Source: Camelus dromedarius
Lineage: Eukaryota
DNA: 64,000 nucleotides
Assembly: GCF_036321535.1 (NCBI RefSeq)
Contig: NC_087472.1
Span: forward strand, 90,770,001-90,834,000
Direction: 5' to 3'
Shown here: piece after piece, positions 15,236 through 29,313 of the stretch
How positions within the stretch are numbered: position 1 is the stretch's first letter
Layout: each line of letters begins with the position of its first letter
Program-made: the position numbers and the translations under genes
Notes under the pieces: model-generated
Database searches by the model: none
What the model was told of the DNA's origin: nothing
Seen by the model: only the letters and a program-made list of their open reading frames with translations

Positions 15236-15944
15236 ATCTGAGTAGAAGTAGATGGCTTGAAGCAGTTCAAATACTAGACTGAACTGAGAAAGTGTTAAGA
15301 TGATCCCTTATATGAATTTTAGGTTATAATAGGATGATGTGGGTAACTGAACACTCTTATCCCTACCCCAACACACGTACACACACACACACCATGATCT
15401 TTATTTAAAATACTCTAATCCCACTTTCAGGTGTCTAGTCTACCTTCAAATGAAATCGAATAATATTTCCTTTTAGGTTTTCAGTTTAAAAAAAAAAAAC
15501 GCTTTTAATTGACTCCAGAGAAGTCAAGTATCTGTAAATTGGTGTTTGGCTATGCCCTTCAAAGTGCTCCCCCTGGCCCTCCCCCAATAGTCTTTGTACT
15601 ATTTTCTTCTGTAAACATTTTAAAGACTTTATTGTTTAGATAGAATCAAGTATACCAACTTTATATTCAACATGCTTCACCTACAAGAGCTTGCATGTCA
15701 AAATCTTTTTATTTTACATCTGTTTTCTGCCTCCTGTTGTATTCATGCATTCAAAATGAGTAAGTTGCTTTTTCATCTGTCTTCTGAATTTTTATATTCA
15801 TATGACAAAAATGAATATCATCTATGCACAGTTGTTGTAATATAAAATGATATAGAAATGAGGATAAATTATAACCTCAACTGTGGAAAGCATGCGTGTG
15901 TGTGTGTGTGTGTGTGTGTAAGTAAAAAATCATTCCAGGACATG

Positions 15945-16150
15945 TGAAGTGGCAGAATGGCTAAGCACATACACCCTTGAAGCTAACTACTCAGGCTCAA
16001 ATCCCAGCTCTGCTCTTTGCCGAGTGTGTGACCTTGAATTCCTTTCTTGACCTTCTTGGCCCCTAAGTTCTTGGACTGAGCTAGTAGAGGCAGGGCACTT
16101 AGAGTGGTGGGCACATAGTAGGTACTCACTGGGCATTAGCTACCATTATC
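15945..16150. mobile_element. MIR SINE
   Basis: tcaaatcccagctctgc...tgtgtgaccttg...gcacatagtaggtactca are MIR hallmarks. Confidence 0.7.
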
Positions 16151-18349
16151 TATAGTGTATTTAAACATGAGGATAGCCCACCAAGACTAACAATTCCTTT
16201 TATCTGTAACCAAGCATCTATAGATTAGATTGTAGACACTCTTGAGATGGTGGTAAGATACCATGCCAAGACACTTCTTAATCCGTTTGACAGCATTCCC
16301 CATGCCAATTGATAACATTTTATATTTTCCATGCTTAAAATAACTCCTAAAAATTCCATTTTGCTTAGATTTCCTTTGGCTGTTTGTTCACTAATCAAAA
16401 TATGGTCCCTTTGGTCCCATAGACATTCTTTTTATACCCCTTTGGACTGATGGGTAATTGCTAGTGACTACGATGTAAGTTATTTAGGACTTGGTGTGTC
16501 TAAGTAGAGGTGGTATCACCAGGCTCCTACTGGGCCTGCTCATGGACAGAATTCCTACAAATTTTTAGGAAAGGGCCTTTCATCAGAGTATTATCAGCAT
16601 TGTCTTGAGTTGACTATTGGTTTTCAATTGTCGATTTTTTCTTCTTTACTATAAGCTGTGGCCGTGGCTTCTGTGGTTAACTTTCTCAGTCTGGAGTGAT
16701 GGATATTTTCTTCACCAGCATTTTAAAGATAGGTTTGTGTTGTAGTTGAATCCTGTTTCATTCATAGTATACGTATTGCAAAGGAAAATCACGTCTTCCC
16801 GTTTCCCCTCCTCAGTCTTCTAAAGCAGTATTCTTTGTTAGGACCAAAGTTTCCTTCCTTCCTTCCGTCCTTCCTTCCTCTCTTCCCTTCCCTTCCCTAA
16901 GCTGAGACAGAAGTGCTAATGAAGAAAACATATTTTGGGGGAGCCATGGAAGAATATTCCGGACTCCCTTTCATCGATTCGCCATTACTTCAATTTCACG
17001 TTGATACTTACCCCAGAAGCTCATGGAAACAAGGAAACATGAGTTCAACATTCACCGTTTTCTTTTTTTCCCCCATGTTTGTCACTGGCTCATAAGTTGG
17101 ATTTTTTAAAATAGAAAGTTCTTTCTACAAAGATTTATTTAAGATGAAAGGAAGTGCAAAATGTCTTCCTGGGTTACCCTTACTTGTTTATCCAGAGTCC
17201 TTTGTGTGTCTTGATACTCTAATAGCTAAAGATTTTTTGTTCATTTGTTCGTTTACTTTGGGTTTGGGGGGAGCATTTGATAAACTAGCTAAAATCTTTT
17301 TCTAATTTGCTTTTTTTTAAGCTACATTTTAAAATATATACAATAAAATTTGTTCTGGTGTTCATTTCTCTGAGTTTAGACGAATGTATATAGTTGTCAC
17401 CACGACTATGATCAAGACATTTTCATCACCCCTAAAATTACCTCTTGTTTTGTGGTCATCACGCCTGCTCCCAGTCTCTGGAAACCACTCCTCCATATTC
17501 TGTTCCTATATGTTTACCTTTTCCTGAACTGGATTTTAAATGATTGTTGGAGGCTGTTGTGGAAGAGTTAATGTTAAAGCTTGTACTTTAGCATAATGTG
17601 TCCTGATACATACTCGAGAAAAATGTTCCATGATATCTACAGGCAGATATATGTGCTTCACCATGCATATGGGAAAGTTTTCTGTAAAATAAGAACTCTC
17701 TCTAGCATAAATTAATAACATTGAGTGTACTTACAGATTTGCATAGATTTTTAAATTGTGCTGCTGTTCCCTGGAGCCATGATGTTAATTGGTTTATTAG
17801 TCAGGTGGAGTGGAGAGCCTGAGGTCAGGACAGTTGTCCTTGAACATGTAAATGAAGAGTGGATAATCACTGTATATTATTGTTTGGGCTTATTTTATCT
17901 TTAATGGGTGATTCAGAGTCCTGATTAATCTTTAGAGCAGTGACTACTGGCCTCCAACCTGCTCATTATCTTCAGAACTTTAAATAAAATACTTGATTTC
18001 TACCCAAGACAGCAGTGATGGGGAGCCTTTTACTTCTTCTTGTCTCGCCAACACAACTCTTGACCTCTCAATCATTATTTTAAAATTTTCTGTAAACGTG
18101 GAGCTGCTTAAACTCGTTTTTATGGCTGAAAACCCATAGTCAGGTATCTGGGCGAAGCACATCTCAGCAGAGTGTACTAGAGGATGCTTTAGGAACGACG
18201 ACGCTAAGAACAGGAAATCAGTTGGGTGTTAGGTTTGGAGATACAGTTTTGTCAGAAAACTAATCCTAGAGAGTTTTTCACATTTTATACCATTGACATC
18301 AATGGCATTTCCCCCTCCCTTTTCACAGTTATCACAGTTTCCAACCAGC

Positions 18350-19300
18350 ATTTTATTTGGAAAAAATTTCAAGTGTAAAGAAAAGTTGAAAAGATGATAT
18401 GATTAACAAGCATACGTCTCGTGTGTCCAACCCTGCTTAGCATTTTGCCCCATTCACATTTCGCGATGTCTTCACTTGAATCCACATACACAAACATGTT
18501 TCTCCCCTTTACCGTTTAAAAGTAAAAGGACATTACACCGTAAAACATAAACCCTAAACACTTCACCATACATCTTTTTTGAAAGGACTTCCTCCTGCAT
18601 AACTGCATCCTGTCGCCACACATAAAAACATCATTTCAGTGGTATCATCCAGCACGTAGTCCACATTGAAATGTCACCGTGGCTTCAGAATGTTCCTTAT
18701 TTCTGGCTTTTTTCTCCCATGATTCCAGTCAAGGTCTTTGTCTCTCACTGGCTTGTCAAGTCTTTACATACACTTAATCTGAACAGTCTCCCAGCATTTT
18801 TGTTTGTTTGTTTTTACATTCATAACATTGACATTTTTGAGGAGTCCAGGCAGCTCTCTTGAAGAATGTCCCATATTCTGGATTTTTCTGAGTTTCTTCA
18901 CGATTAGATTCCGGATGATTTTTTGTTTGTTTGTTTTTAGCAAGAGGAAGACAAAGGCGCTGTTGTGTGCTTTCCTACTACGTCACATGTGGGGGGACAA
19001 AATAACACTTGGTTCTTACTGGTAATACTAAGAACGTTAAGGTGGTGTCAGTCAGATATCTCCACTGTAAAAGTACCCTTTTCCCTTTGTAATTAGAAAG
19101 TCACTTTTGTGATATTTTGAGCACTTATGAACATCCTGTTCCTCAACAGGCTTTCACCCTATGGTTTTAGTCTCCATTGATGATTCTTTTCTAATTTAGC
19201 TATTAGATTGGTGATTTTCCAGTTCTACCATCCTTTCTGCATATATTACCTGGTTTTCTTCTATAAAGAAGAGCTCCCGCTTTCCCTCTTTCTCTCTTTT
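18350..19300 (-). mobile_element. Old L1 (L1MC/L1ME-type) 3' region
   Basis: T-rich + strand with motifs such as acattgacatttttgaggagtccagg and tctccactgtaaagt...tttccctttgtaatt; approximate bounds. Confidence 0.5.
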
Positions 19301-21424
19301 GTTGTGTGTGTGTATCACCATAGACATCTAGGGTGATTTTGCATGTACAAAGAATTGGACTTCTCCTGGTCAAGCTGCCTTCGGATACTATTTTTGCCAT
19401 GACATTGCTGAAAACGCCAGTGCATAGCATTGACAGCCCTTTTCCCCCATAGTAATGTAAACATATATCTGAGAAATACATTTTCATATTAACCAGCTCT
19501 TTTGTGGGACCAAATCGTGTAACATGAGCTATGTGCTAATGAGGATTGAGAATCTCATAGGCTTTTCTGTGTCTTTTTTCCCCTCTTTTTGCAACCTCAA
19601 TTTCTATTAACTTGCACCTCTCAGTCCATGTAGCTCATATATGCCGTAGCATCTAGCAGTAGGAAGGAGGACATGTAATGTCAAAAAGAAGGGGGAAAGG
19701 AGGCAATCAAGGGAGATGCGAGTATGCACTTAGCACAGTGCTTTTTGAGTATTCACTTGTATCTTCATGTAGCTCTCCAGCTTAGAATTCAGTTCAAGAG
19801 TTGGTACCTGGGCTTTGTCTCAAGTAGGCCTTGTTTACGTATGAGAGCCTCTAACGCAGACAAGTAAAAGATTCAAAAGATTTTGGAGATCAGCTTGTGT
19901 GTTCCCATAGGAAATCATTTTGGTCCACCCTTTTTAAGACTACTTTAAGCATACATATTTTAGTATTAAAATAATAGATAATCTTGAGCTGTTTCCTTAA
20001 CCTCTTTGAGCCTTTTTTCATCTGTAACATGAGGTTAAACAGATTATCTCAAGAGCTGCTTATCCCCCCCCAGGTTTCTTTGATTGTATGCTAAATGTTA
20101 CACATGGAAAAGGCAGAAGGGGATATGGATTACTGTATTTATTTCACAGCTTGGTCCTTATCAGCCAAGTCTTACCTGATCTTCTAGGTAGCAGTGCTTG
20201 TAGCAGAGATACAAGGTACAGAAAACAGTCTTGTATATACAGTGTGGCCTTCCACACGAGACCAGCTGTTCTCTGACTAGAAGTAGCACAGACTAAGAAC
20301 AAGATGTGAAAAAACATTGTGCGAAGCCTCATATAAATGATCCCTTGTGTCCCTACACTATAGTGTCCTCAGCAACTCAAAGGTAAAACACAAGGTTCTC
20401 GTGTCTGAGAGGATCAAACTGCCACCTTCCTTCTGTTTTATTTGTTACATGCAGGTTTCATACAGTTTTATAGCAGATTTTTTTTATCACTCATTTGATT
20501 TTCATAAAAATTGGGATTGTTTGGAAGAAGAGTCATTAATATTCTTTACAACTTGTTCTTGTTCCTCCTTTTATGTTCGTTGCTAGTGCACACTTCTCTC
20601 TTATGTAAAATATTCCACTGATGCCCTTGGTAGATTTAGAGGTTGTTAAAGAAATCGTAATAACAGCTCAGGGAACAGTCGGGAACTGCCTGTCCTATAC
20701 TGTCTGACCCTGGCCAGCCATTCTCCTTGTAGTTCTAAATCTTTGTGTACAGACAGTAATTCACAAACTGTTTTGATCAATTTAAATTCAGCAAATCTTT
20801 CCAAACACTAGGGCTTTTTACAATCAGGGCCAGAAAAGTTGGCTTGTCAGCTATTAATGCCATAACCTATTAACAATGGCGGCAATATTGAAATGATTAT
20901 TTGGATTTGTGAAGGGAACATTTTACTAGTGAAAACAGCAGATGAAAATGGCCAGGAAGAAGAGATTAACCTTTTTAAAAATCTGTGGTATGTCCCCAGT
21001 GTTTTCCACAAATTTACCTGTTTCTGTCAGTAAGAATGTTCGGAAATTCTATTCATGAATCTGAATGCATGCAATAGTTATATATTTAGATACTGTTTTT
21101 ATTCTAAATGGGCAGGAACTCTACTAAATAAAATGAAAACATACACTCATATGTGCACACACACAGACACTAACACCAACACCCACACTTTTGTACCAGC
21201 TGACTGCCTTAACCTTGCTTGGAATAATTATTTGCCATGATTAAATTAGTTGCTATTTGTCCTAGCATACATTGCATAGAGTTTCTTTTTGAGAAGCAAC
21301 CTGATTTCAAATTGGGGTCTAAGATTTTAGCATGTTCCCTTGTGACTTATAGTTTGGACTTTTAATTTATTAGTCCTTTTTGGTTCCTCTATCCACAATA
21401 TATAAACATATTTAGCTTAAAATG

Positions 21425-22250
21425 TTAATTGAGGTACAACTGACATACGACATCGTGTAAGTTTAATGTACAACGTGGTGCTGTGACAGTTATATATTGT
21501 AATATGATCACCACGCTTGTGTTAGCTCACACCTCTGTCATGTCGCATAAGTACCATTTTATTTTTGTGGTGGGAATGATTAAAATCTAGTCTCCTAGCA
21601 ACTTTGAAATTTATAATACAGTATTATTGACTAGAATCACTTTGCTGTGCATTAGATCTCAAGAAATTATGTACTAGCTGCAAGCAGATAATCTCCCCAA
21701 TTTACCCAGCCCCAGCCTCCCATAACCGCCGTTCTATTCTGGTTTCGGGAGTTTAGCTTTTTTAGAGTTCATACATGAGAGATATCATACAGTATTTGTC
21801 TTTCTCTGTCGGACTTATCTCATATAGCATAATGCCCTCAAGGTCCATCTGTATGGTCAAAAATGGCAAGATTTCCTTCTTTCTCGTGGCTGAATAGTAT
21901 TCCGCTGTATACACACACAGCGCATCTTTTTTTATCCATTCATCCATTGACGGACACTTAGAATGTTTCCATGTCTTAGCTGTTGTGCATAATGCTGCAG
22001 TGAACACGGGAGTGCAGGTGTTTCTTCAGCATGCTGTTTTCATTTCCTTCGGATATATACTCAGAAGTCCAGTTGCTGGATCACTTGGTAGTTTTAGTGT
22101 TAGTTTTTTGAGGAACCTCCATACTGTTTTCCATAGTGGCTGAACCAGTTTACATTCCCAGCAACGGTGCGCACAGGTTCCCTTTTCTCCAGCCTCACCA
22201 ATGCTTGTCTCTTGTCTTGTCTTCTGACAGCCCTTCTAGCAGGCATGAAG
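21425..22250 (-). mobile_element. 5'-truncated L1 (L1MA-type): ORF2 C-terminus and 3' UTR
   Basis: ORF 21762-22007(-) [27 protein letters not shown]...EYYSA...ILPF...DLEGIML is the classic L1 ORF2 C-terminal peptide. Confidence 0.9.
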
Positions 22251-22489
22251 GGATGGATACCTCATTTCTCTGTCCACAGTGCATTAACCAGTGTAGCCTT
22301 TCTCTCCCAGTCAGTAGTTGATCGGGCCTATCATAGCTGCTCGGTTTCTGTGTCTGGAGAACAGCTGCCTGCCTGCTGGGGGCCCTGCAGAGCTCCAGGG
22401 AAGTCTGACATTTAGGTAATCATCGTTTTCTCATGTTGGTTTCTCAGTTTTGACAAATGAAGCATGTCATTGTAAGGTATTAACATTAG

Positions 22490-22709
22490 GGCACATTTTC
22501 TCAATCTTGGCACCACTGACACGTTGGCCAGGGTGATTCTTTGTTGTAAAGCCTGTCCTGTGCAATGGTGGACATTTAGCAGGATCCTGGCCTCTGCCCA
22601 CTGAGTGCCACTGACACCCCCTCCCTGAGTTGTGACAACCAAAAATGTCCCCAGACATTGTCGGGTGTCCTCTGGGGGTACAGAATTGTCCCTGGTTGAG
22701 AACCCTTGA
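22490..22709. mobile_element. MER20 hAT-Charlie DNA transposon
   Basis: ttctcaatcttggcaccactgac...gttgtgacaaccaaaaatgtccccagacattg...ggttgagaacc; terminal inverted repeat remnants, ~220 bp. Confidence 0.88.
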
Positions 22710-24509
22710 CCTCAAGCATAGCTGTCTGCCTGTGAGCTTTCCTTCAGGCCCCAAGTATAAATTGTGTGTATTCCTAGATTTTAAGCGAAATCATTCTAAA
22801 TATATCCTGCAAATCCAGAAATAGACTACGGATTAGCCTTTTGCATGTGATACTGTAACAGACAAACTAACAGAGAGCCATTTACTTAAAAAACTATTTA
22901 GAAGTAAAGTAGGCATTTGAGAATGTACTTACTTTATCCTCTACTCCTTAGATGGCTCTTATACGTTTAATTTTTTTTTGCTCTTCAGGATGAGTAGGCA
23001 GTTTTTTTGTCATTCTTATTCAGATATAATCCTTCCTTTTATTTATCGTGATCACAGTTTAATTCCCACCCATCGTTCACTTCAGTAAATCTTGACGGAA
23101 GGTATAGAGACATAGTTCCTGTGTAGGAGAGGAATGAAGGAGGTTTAGACAAGTATTATTTCCAGGACAAAACGTAGTTCCTTTTTATTGTCTGAGAACT
23201 ACTGGCTACAGACAGTCTCTTGCCTAATGTTTACCTCTCTCTCTGCTATATTTTTCCATTTTATGAAGTATTGCCATGTTTTTTCCAAAAGCCTGACAGT
23301 TGGGATGCCAGTTACCTTCTCCTACAAATACGATGTACGTGTTTATGGTAGCTGGGCTGCGGGGCTTGCTGAGAAATCTTCCCATTGCATTTCTTCTGTG
23401 GCCGTGAACTGAGGCTGTTAGTCTGAGAGAAAAATCAATATTCAGATCACTGCTCTGGCAGCTATTTGGGGCCTTCAGTGCCTGAGGGTTCATGGAAGGC
23501 ATGCTGGGAAGGAAACCCAAAAGTTATTCTGAACCATGGCAAATCCCCTAACTGCCAACTGGCCATGTAATGTCCTTTGAAGTTATTATATTGATAATTA
23601 CATCCCTTGGCTAGAAATGCCGGATATTGGGATTCCTTTAAGTTGTCTTTGTACCTTGTTCAGATGACATTTGTATAAAGCCACCCTGCAATCTGCTGTA
23701 ATGCAGCAGCAGTAATTCCAGCAGACTCCATCCCTAGCCTCCATGCTGTGGAGAGTTGCTGATAGGTGTGGACCAAGAGAGAAAGAGCGGGGACCCAAGG
23801 TACTTCCCCCACGGTGGCTATCACAGTGGAAGGAGCTGTGACAGCGCTGCTTGCTGTGTGTGTGCCATAGAACGGGAAAAAGGAAGTATTGCCAAAACCA
23901 GAAAACAAAACACACCAGGGCTAAATGACCTATTCTAAGTGTTTCTGCTTAGATGGTCTGAAACTGGCATTTAGGATGACGACAGGGTCATCCTTGACAC
24001 CGAAAGAAGATATCTGAGGCCCAGGTGGATGTCAGCAAACAATGGCACATCCAAGGATGATCTCAATCCAATGCCATCATACCTGTCTTTTGACCTCAAC
24101 AATTTCCTGTCATTCTAGTCTAACCTATTTGTTTTTTTCTAGAATGATGAAAAGGTAATTTTAACTAGGTTTTAGTTCTAGGTCTTTTAGATCTTTAGAG
24201 ACGCTTGCCTGGTTTTTAATTCTTTCCTTCTTTATCGTCAGACACAAGGAGAGGGAATATACCAGTAGGATACAGAATGGTTTGGAGTAAAAATGAAAGA
24301 TGGGAACAGAATGAGAATGTGAATCCCCATATCTTGTCTTCAGGGCTGTCAGGTGGCACAGGCGAGCAGTTTTAAAAGAGCCAAAATGATGGATCTTGCA
24401 TCTTAGGAGGTAGAAAGAACCTTGAGAATTTCCAGCCTTTAAGCACAGGGGAATCTATGGTATTTTGAAAGAGGAGAACATTCTCTAGCTTCCCTTGGTA
24501 ATTCACACT

Positions 24510-24890
24510 AATGCTTTAACAACTTTCAGCATCAGAAAATGCTTCCGTATGAGTTACAGCCTAAATTCTTCATGCTGCTTAAGCCTGTTTCTTATTGTTC
24601 TGTCCTCAGTGGAGAAATCGAACAGCTGGTCATAGGCCCCTATGCAAGAGCCATTCATATAATTGAAAACTGTTATTAAATCTCCCCTTCAGCCACTCTT
24701 TCTTGCACATTCTGGTTTTTTTTTTTTTTTCATGGCTAAATAATCCCAATTCCCTTAAGCTGTTCTTGTAGGTCTTTCAAACCCTGTAATTATCACTGTG
24801 CCTTTCTGCCAAGCCTTCTCTAAGTTCTGGGTCAGCTATAGCCACCAGAACTAGACACCTTTTTCTAAGAAGGTTTTGAGCAGTACTGAG
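24510..24890 (-). mobile_element. L3/CR1 LINE fragment
   Basis: cttattgttctgtcctc...tctccccttcagcc...ggctaaataatcccaattccctt resembles antisense CR1/L3 3' region. Confidence 0.55.
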
Positions 24891-25539
24891 GGTAATGCGA
24901 TCATTTGTTCACACTCCACTGGCTGTGTTTTTAGTTATACATCGCAGACGTGGTCCTTCTTTTTTTTTTCCTGTTATTTTGTACACCTACATTTGTTGCT
25001 GACTCATGGTCAGACTTTTTTTTCCTGTCTTCCGGAATGACCAGAAGCTTTCTGTTAACATTATACTTGCTGGAGTAAGCCAGAATTCTTTCTCTGTAGC
25101 ATGTTTTTGAATCCATCATTAAAAAAACTTATCATTTAAGCCTAAGTCAAGAAAAAATATATAGGTTCAGATTCAGCAACAATAATGCTGTATTTTAAAT
25201 AGGAATGAGTTAGTGATGCTTTTCAATTTTCTGTCTTTTTATAATGGTTTTTCTCCAAGCTGGAGGGGGTTATTTTGATAAACTTGGTTTCTAGACCAGT
25301 GGAGCAAGAGATTGTTATAGGACATATTGTAGCTGAAACTTAATTCTTTTGACAAAGTCTCTCATTGTATCTTTGTTTATAGAATGAAGAAAACATGTTC
25401 AGTATAGACTAGACAATAATATAACTGGGAGGAGTCACAGTCCAACAGCCAGCGAGGGCCGGATCCTGGTTTTGTGCTGACCTCAGGTGCAGTCGGTAGT
25501 GGTGTGACCCAAGTTTGACGTTGGCCTGTTTGATAAATT

Positions 25540-26320
25540 CACCAGTGACTTTTTGATGAAGACAGAGCACGTATTTTAAACAGCAAAAATTACACAAAGT
25601 TGGAAAGAATGGCGAATTCAATAGCTGGAAGAGTCAGGAGTCTTAAAGATACAGATGCGATTGTACAAAGGGCTCAGACTAACAAGGTTTTAACAGAAGT
25701 GAAGGGAAACAAATCCCGACTGAACAAGTATAAAATGGAGGAATCACCAGCAGTAGGCAAACACAGCATTTCTTATCATGCTCAGCAGAGCATTAGTACC
25801 CTGTGGTGTTCACAAGCCTTATAACTTAAAAAAAAAAAAAAAAAGATGAAGGTCTTGGATCACTGAATAATTAGTGTGGGAAATTCAGAGGTCAAACAAG
25901 GTTTAACGTGTTTCTTTGCCGACAGCCCTCGCAGCCATTAGTATGTTGATGTGCATTAAGAATTTTAAGAGGCAGATGTAATGTGCAACGTTTCCTTAAT
26001 TAATTTGACCTTCTTTTCATGAAACATTTTGCTGGATGATTGATCTGCTGGATTCATTGGGAAACACTGACCCAGAGATTTTGGTTGAATGGAAACCCTG
26101 TGTGAGCCTATAGTACAGAACAAAAGAAAGTCATCCAATTATACTGTCCAGAGAACTGAAGGTGCCATTCCCAGCAGATCATATTCGGAGAATAGTTTTC
26201 TAAAAGACAATGGCAAACCAAGCCATGTCATTTGAGGAAGAAATGAAAGGAATAGGGATAAAGAGGCATGGACAGACATGACAGCTCTGGTAAAATACTT
26301 AAAGGGATGTGTGAAGGCTG
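25540..26320 (+). mobile_element. L3/CR1 LINE fragments (interrupted)
   Basis: cagcaaaattacacaaagttggaaagaatggc resembles a degenerate FADDTKLGG RT motif; later ctggtaaaatacttaaagggatg is CR1-like. Confidence 0.45.
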
Positions 26321-26349
26321 AGAATTTCTAGGTTTCTGGTCGAAAGATA

Positions 26350-26590
26350 ATGATAATGACAGTCACAAGAGCAAACACGGGCATGGCTCTTGCTGTGTGC
26401 CAGACATGCCAGACACACAAGTGCCTTTCATTTGATAACTCATTGAAATCTTAAAGCAACCGTATGCGGTAGATGCTATTAATAGTCCTATTTCACGGCA
26501 GAGGAAAATTAAGATACAGTAAGTGATTTTCCCAAGGTAGCACAACCAGCAGCAAAGCTGGGGTTTGTACTCTCTTGGTTGGACTCGAGC
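26350..26590. mobile_element. MIR SINE
   Basis: ctgtgtgccagac...cctatttcacggcagaggaaaattaag...aagtgattttcccaaggt. Confidence 0.7.
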
Positions 26591-27499
26591 CTCCGGTCCC
26601 CTTGGCTATATGCTGGCAGATTTCAGCTCAGTGAGATGAAGCACTTTTGACAGGGATACCTGTGCACAAATATTCAAGTTCATCCATTAAAGACATTTGC
26701 TCCCCACACGGGTGGTATTTATACAGTGGCTGTAAGAACATATACTGGCATTGGATAAGTTTGGACTCAGTGACTACTGAAAGTCTTAGAGCTCTGTGGT
26801 GCCGTTCCAAAAGGATGAATTCACTTCCATGGTCCCTTTCATCTTTAGGTTCTATAATTCTTTTTTAATTTTTAAAAAATTTTTCCACAAAGTACCTCTC
26901 TGATGGCACTCTACACAGAGAGAAATACTCAACAAAAGCTTTTGATCAGTAGCTTGAACTGATACCATTTTGCACCTAGGATATTCAAGGTTAAACAGCT
27001 CATTGTAATGTCACATTTATAATCAGGGCTAATAACTATAGTACTACTGAAGTGGTGAGTGTTTCAAGCCAAATGACCTATCCATCCAAATCCTACTGCT
27101 TTTCTGTCTAAAATGTGAATAGATTCTTTATTAGCAAACCACATTCCAAGAGAAGCAATATGGGTTTGCATTTCAAATGCTCATCACTTGCATGATGCTA
27201 AATATCCCATCATAGATTCAGCATAAATTGTTCTCAGAATAGGTAGTGCCCTTTGGTTCTTGACGAAAGCAAATGCAGATGGTCTCTGGAGAAGGCATTT
27301 AACTTCTAAGAATCAAAGTATCTCCAGAAAAAAATTTAAGGTCATTATAGTACATATTTAAAAAAAAAAAGTGAGCACACAGCAAACTAAGGTGAGTGAG
27401 AACCAGCAGAAATAGCAGACCCCTGAAGCAGACCCACAGTAACTTCATATCTTGGAATCATGAGAGATGATTTTTTGAAAACTAGGTATACTCTGTTAA

Positions 27500-28400
27500 A
27501 AAAAAAAAAATAACCGACAACATTGAAAAATACCTGCAGGGAACAACAAACTTTAGAAGTGACCTTAGATACTAAAAAGTACAATAAGCAAAATTTAAAA
27601 TTCATTGTGCGGGCTTACAGCAGACTGGATGGTGCTAACGAGAGAAAGAAGTACCCAAGCGGTAGGGCAGGCGGAGCTACTAGGAAGGAAGCGCAGAGAG
27701 ACAAAAAAGGAGGAAAACTAGGGAAGGCTTATTCAGATAAATGGAGGTTAGATCGACCAAATCTTAACATTTATCTAATAGATTTCTGTAAGCAGAGGGG
27801 AGAAGGAATGGAGAAGAGACAGTATCCCAGGAGATCATGACTGAAAAGATTCCAGAGCTGAGTCAAGACTCTAACCCACAGATTCAAGAGGCCCAGTGAA
27901 TCCTAAAGAATAAATAAAGCCCTAGAAATACAAGACAAGACAGGAAAAGGACAGATGGCCTTCAAAGGACCAGCCAACAGCTTCACAGCTGACTTCTCAA
28001 CAGCAGCAGAGAAAGTGAGATAGAAGTGTAATGGTACTTGAGTGTGCTAAAGCAAAATAAAAAGAAACACCCCCCCCAAAAAAAATCCCTTTCAATCTAA
28101 AATCTATACCCAATGAGGACAGCTATCAAGAATATGGACAGAAAAAGAGACTTTCAGGCAAACAAAACCTGAGAAATTTGATATCAACAGACACTGACTG
28201 TAGGAAATACTGAAAGATGTACTTTGGCAGAACTGATCCTAGATGGGATATTTGAGATGAAGGAAGCAATGAAAAACAAAAACAAACAAACAAACAAAGT
28301 GGTCAATGTAAAGGTCAATCTAGCAATATAAAAACTGAAAATAGAGTCTTGTAGAGTTAAAAAAAAATATGTACTTAAAATGCATCACTATGGTAACATA
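27500..28400 (+). mobile_element. Degraded L1 ORF1 region
   Basis: A-rich sequence with cacagattcaagaggcccagtgaatcc and acagctgacttctcaacagcag, typical of L1 ORF1; no intact frame. Confidence 0.7.
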
Positions 28401-29064
28401 CCAATCAACTGATGGATGCATAAATATATTTTGAGTTTTCTAAAATCATTGTACTCTCTGGGAGGACTGGCGTTTGTTAAGCTTAGACTTTGAAAGAGAG
28501 AGAACTCAAGACAGAGAAGCAACAGGCCCCCATGAAAACAGCACTAGACCAAGAGGTCTGCATGCTAGTAGCAGCTCTGCCTCCAGGGAGTTGTATGGCC
28601 TTTGAAAAGCCACTTCTTTCTTCTGTATGTCAGTTTTCTTTGTCGGCAAAATTGAAGCATTGGGGCCAGATGAATTTTAAAGCCTCTTCATTATGATTCT
28701 GTGAAACACTGAGAAACGGATTTGCTAGGAAAAAAGGAATCAATAGTTCCTTGAGTTGTGTTTTTTTTTTTTCTCCTTTGAAATGGTATCAGTAAACACT
28801 TGCAGGTTATCTGTTCAAAAACTGGAGCTAAATAGAGTCCCTCTCAGGTGTGTATTTTGCTTTCCTTTTTCCATTTGTTTTGCTTTGGTTTCTTGTCATC
28901 TAGTAGCCAAGCAGAGTGATGGCAGTTTCCCAAAGCCTCAGGGGTAGGTGGGTCGTGTGGGTGTTAGGGAGACACTTGCAGCAACAGGCAGTGAAAAGTG
29001 GGCCTCACTGTGCCTCTGTGATTCTTTTCCTTTCTTTTTTTTTTTAACATATTGCCTAAACTGA

Positions 29065-29313
<249 letters not shown>
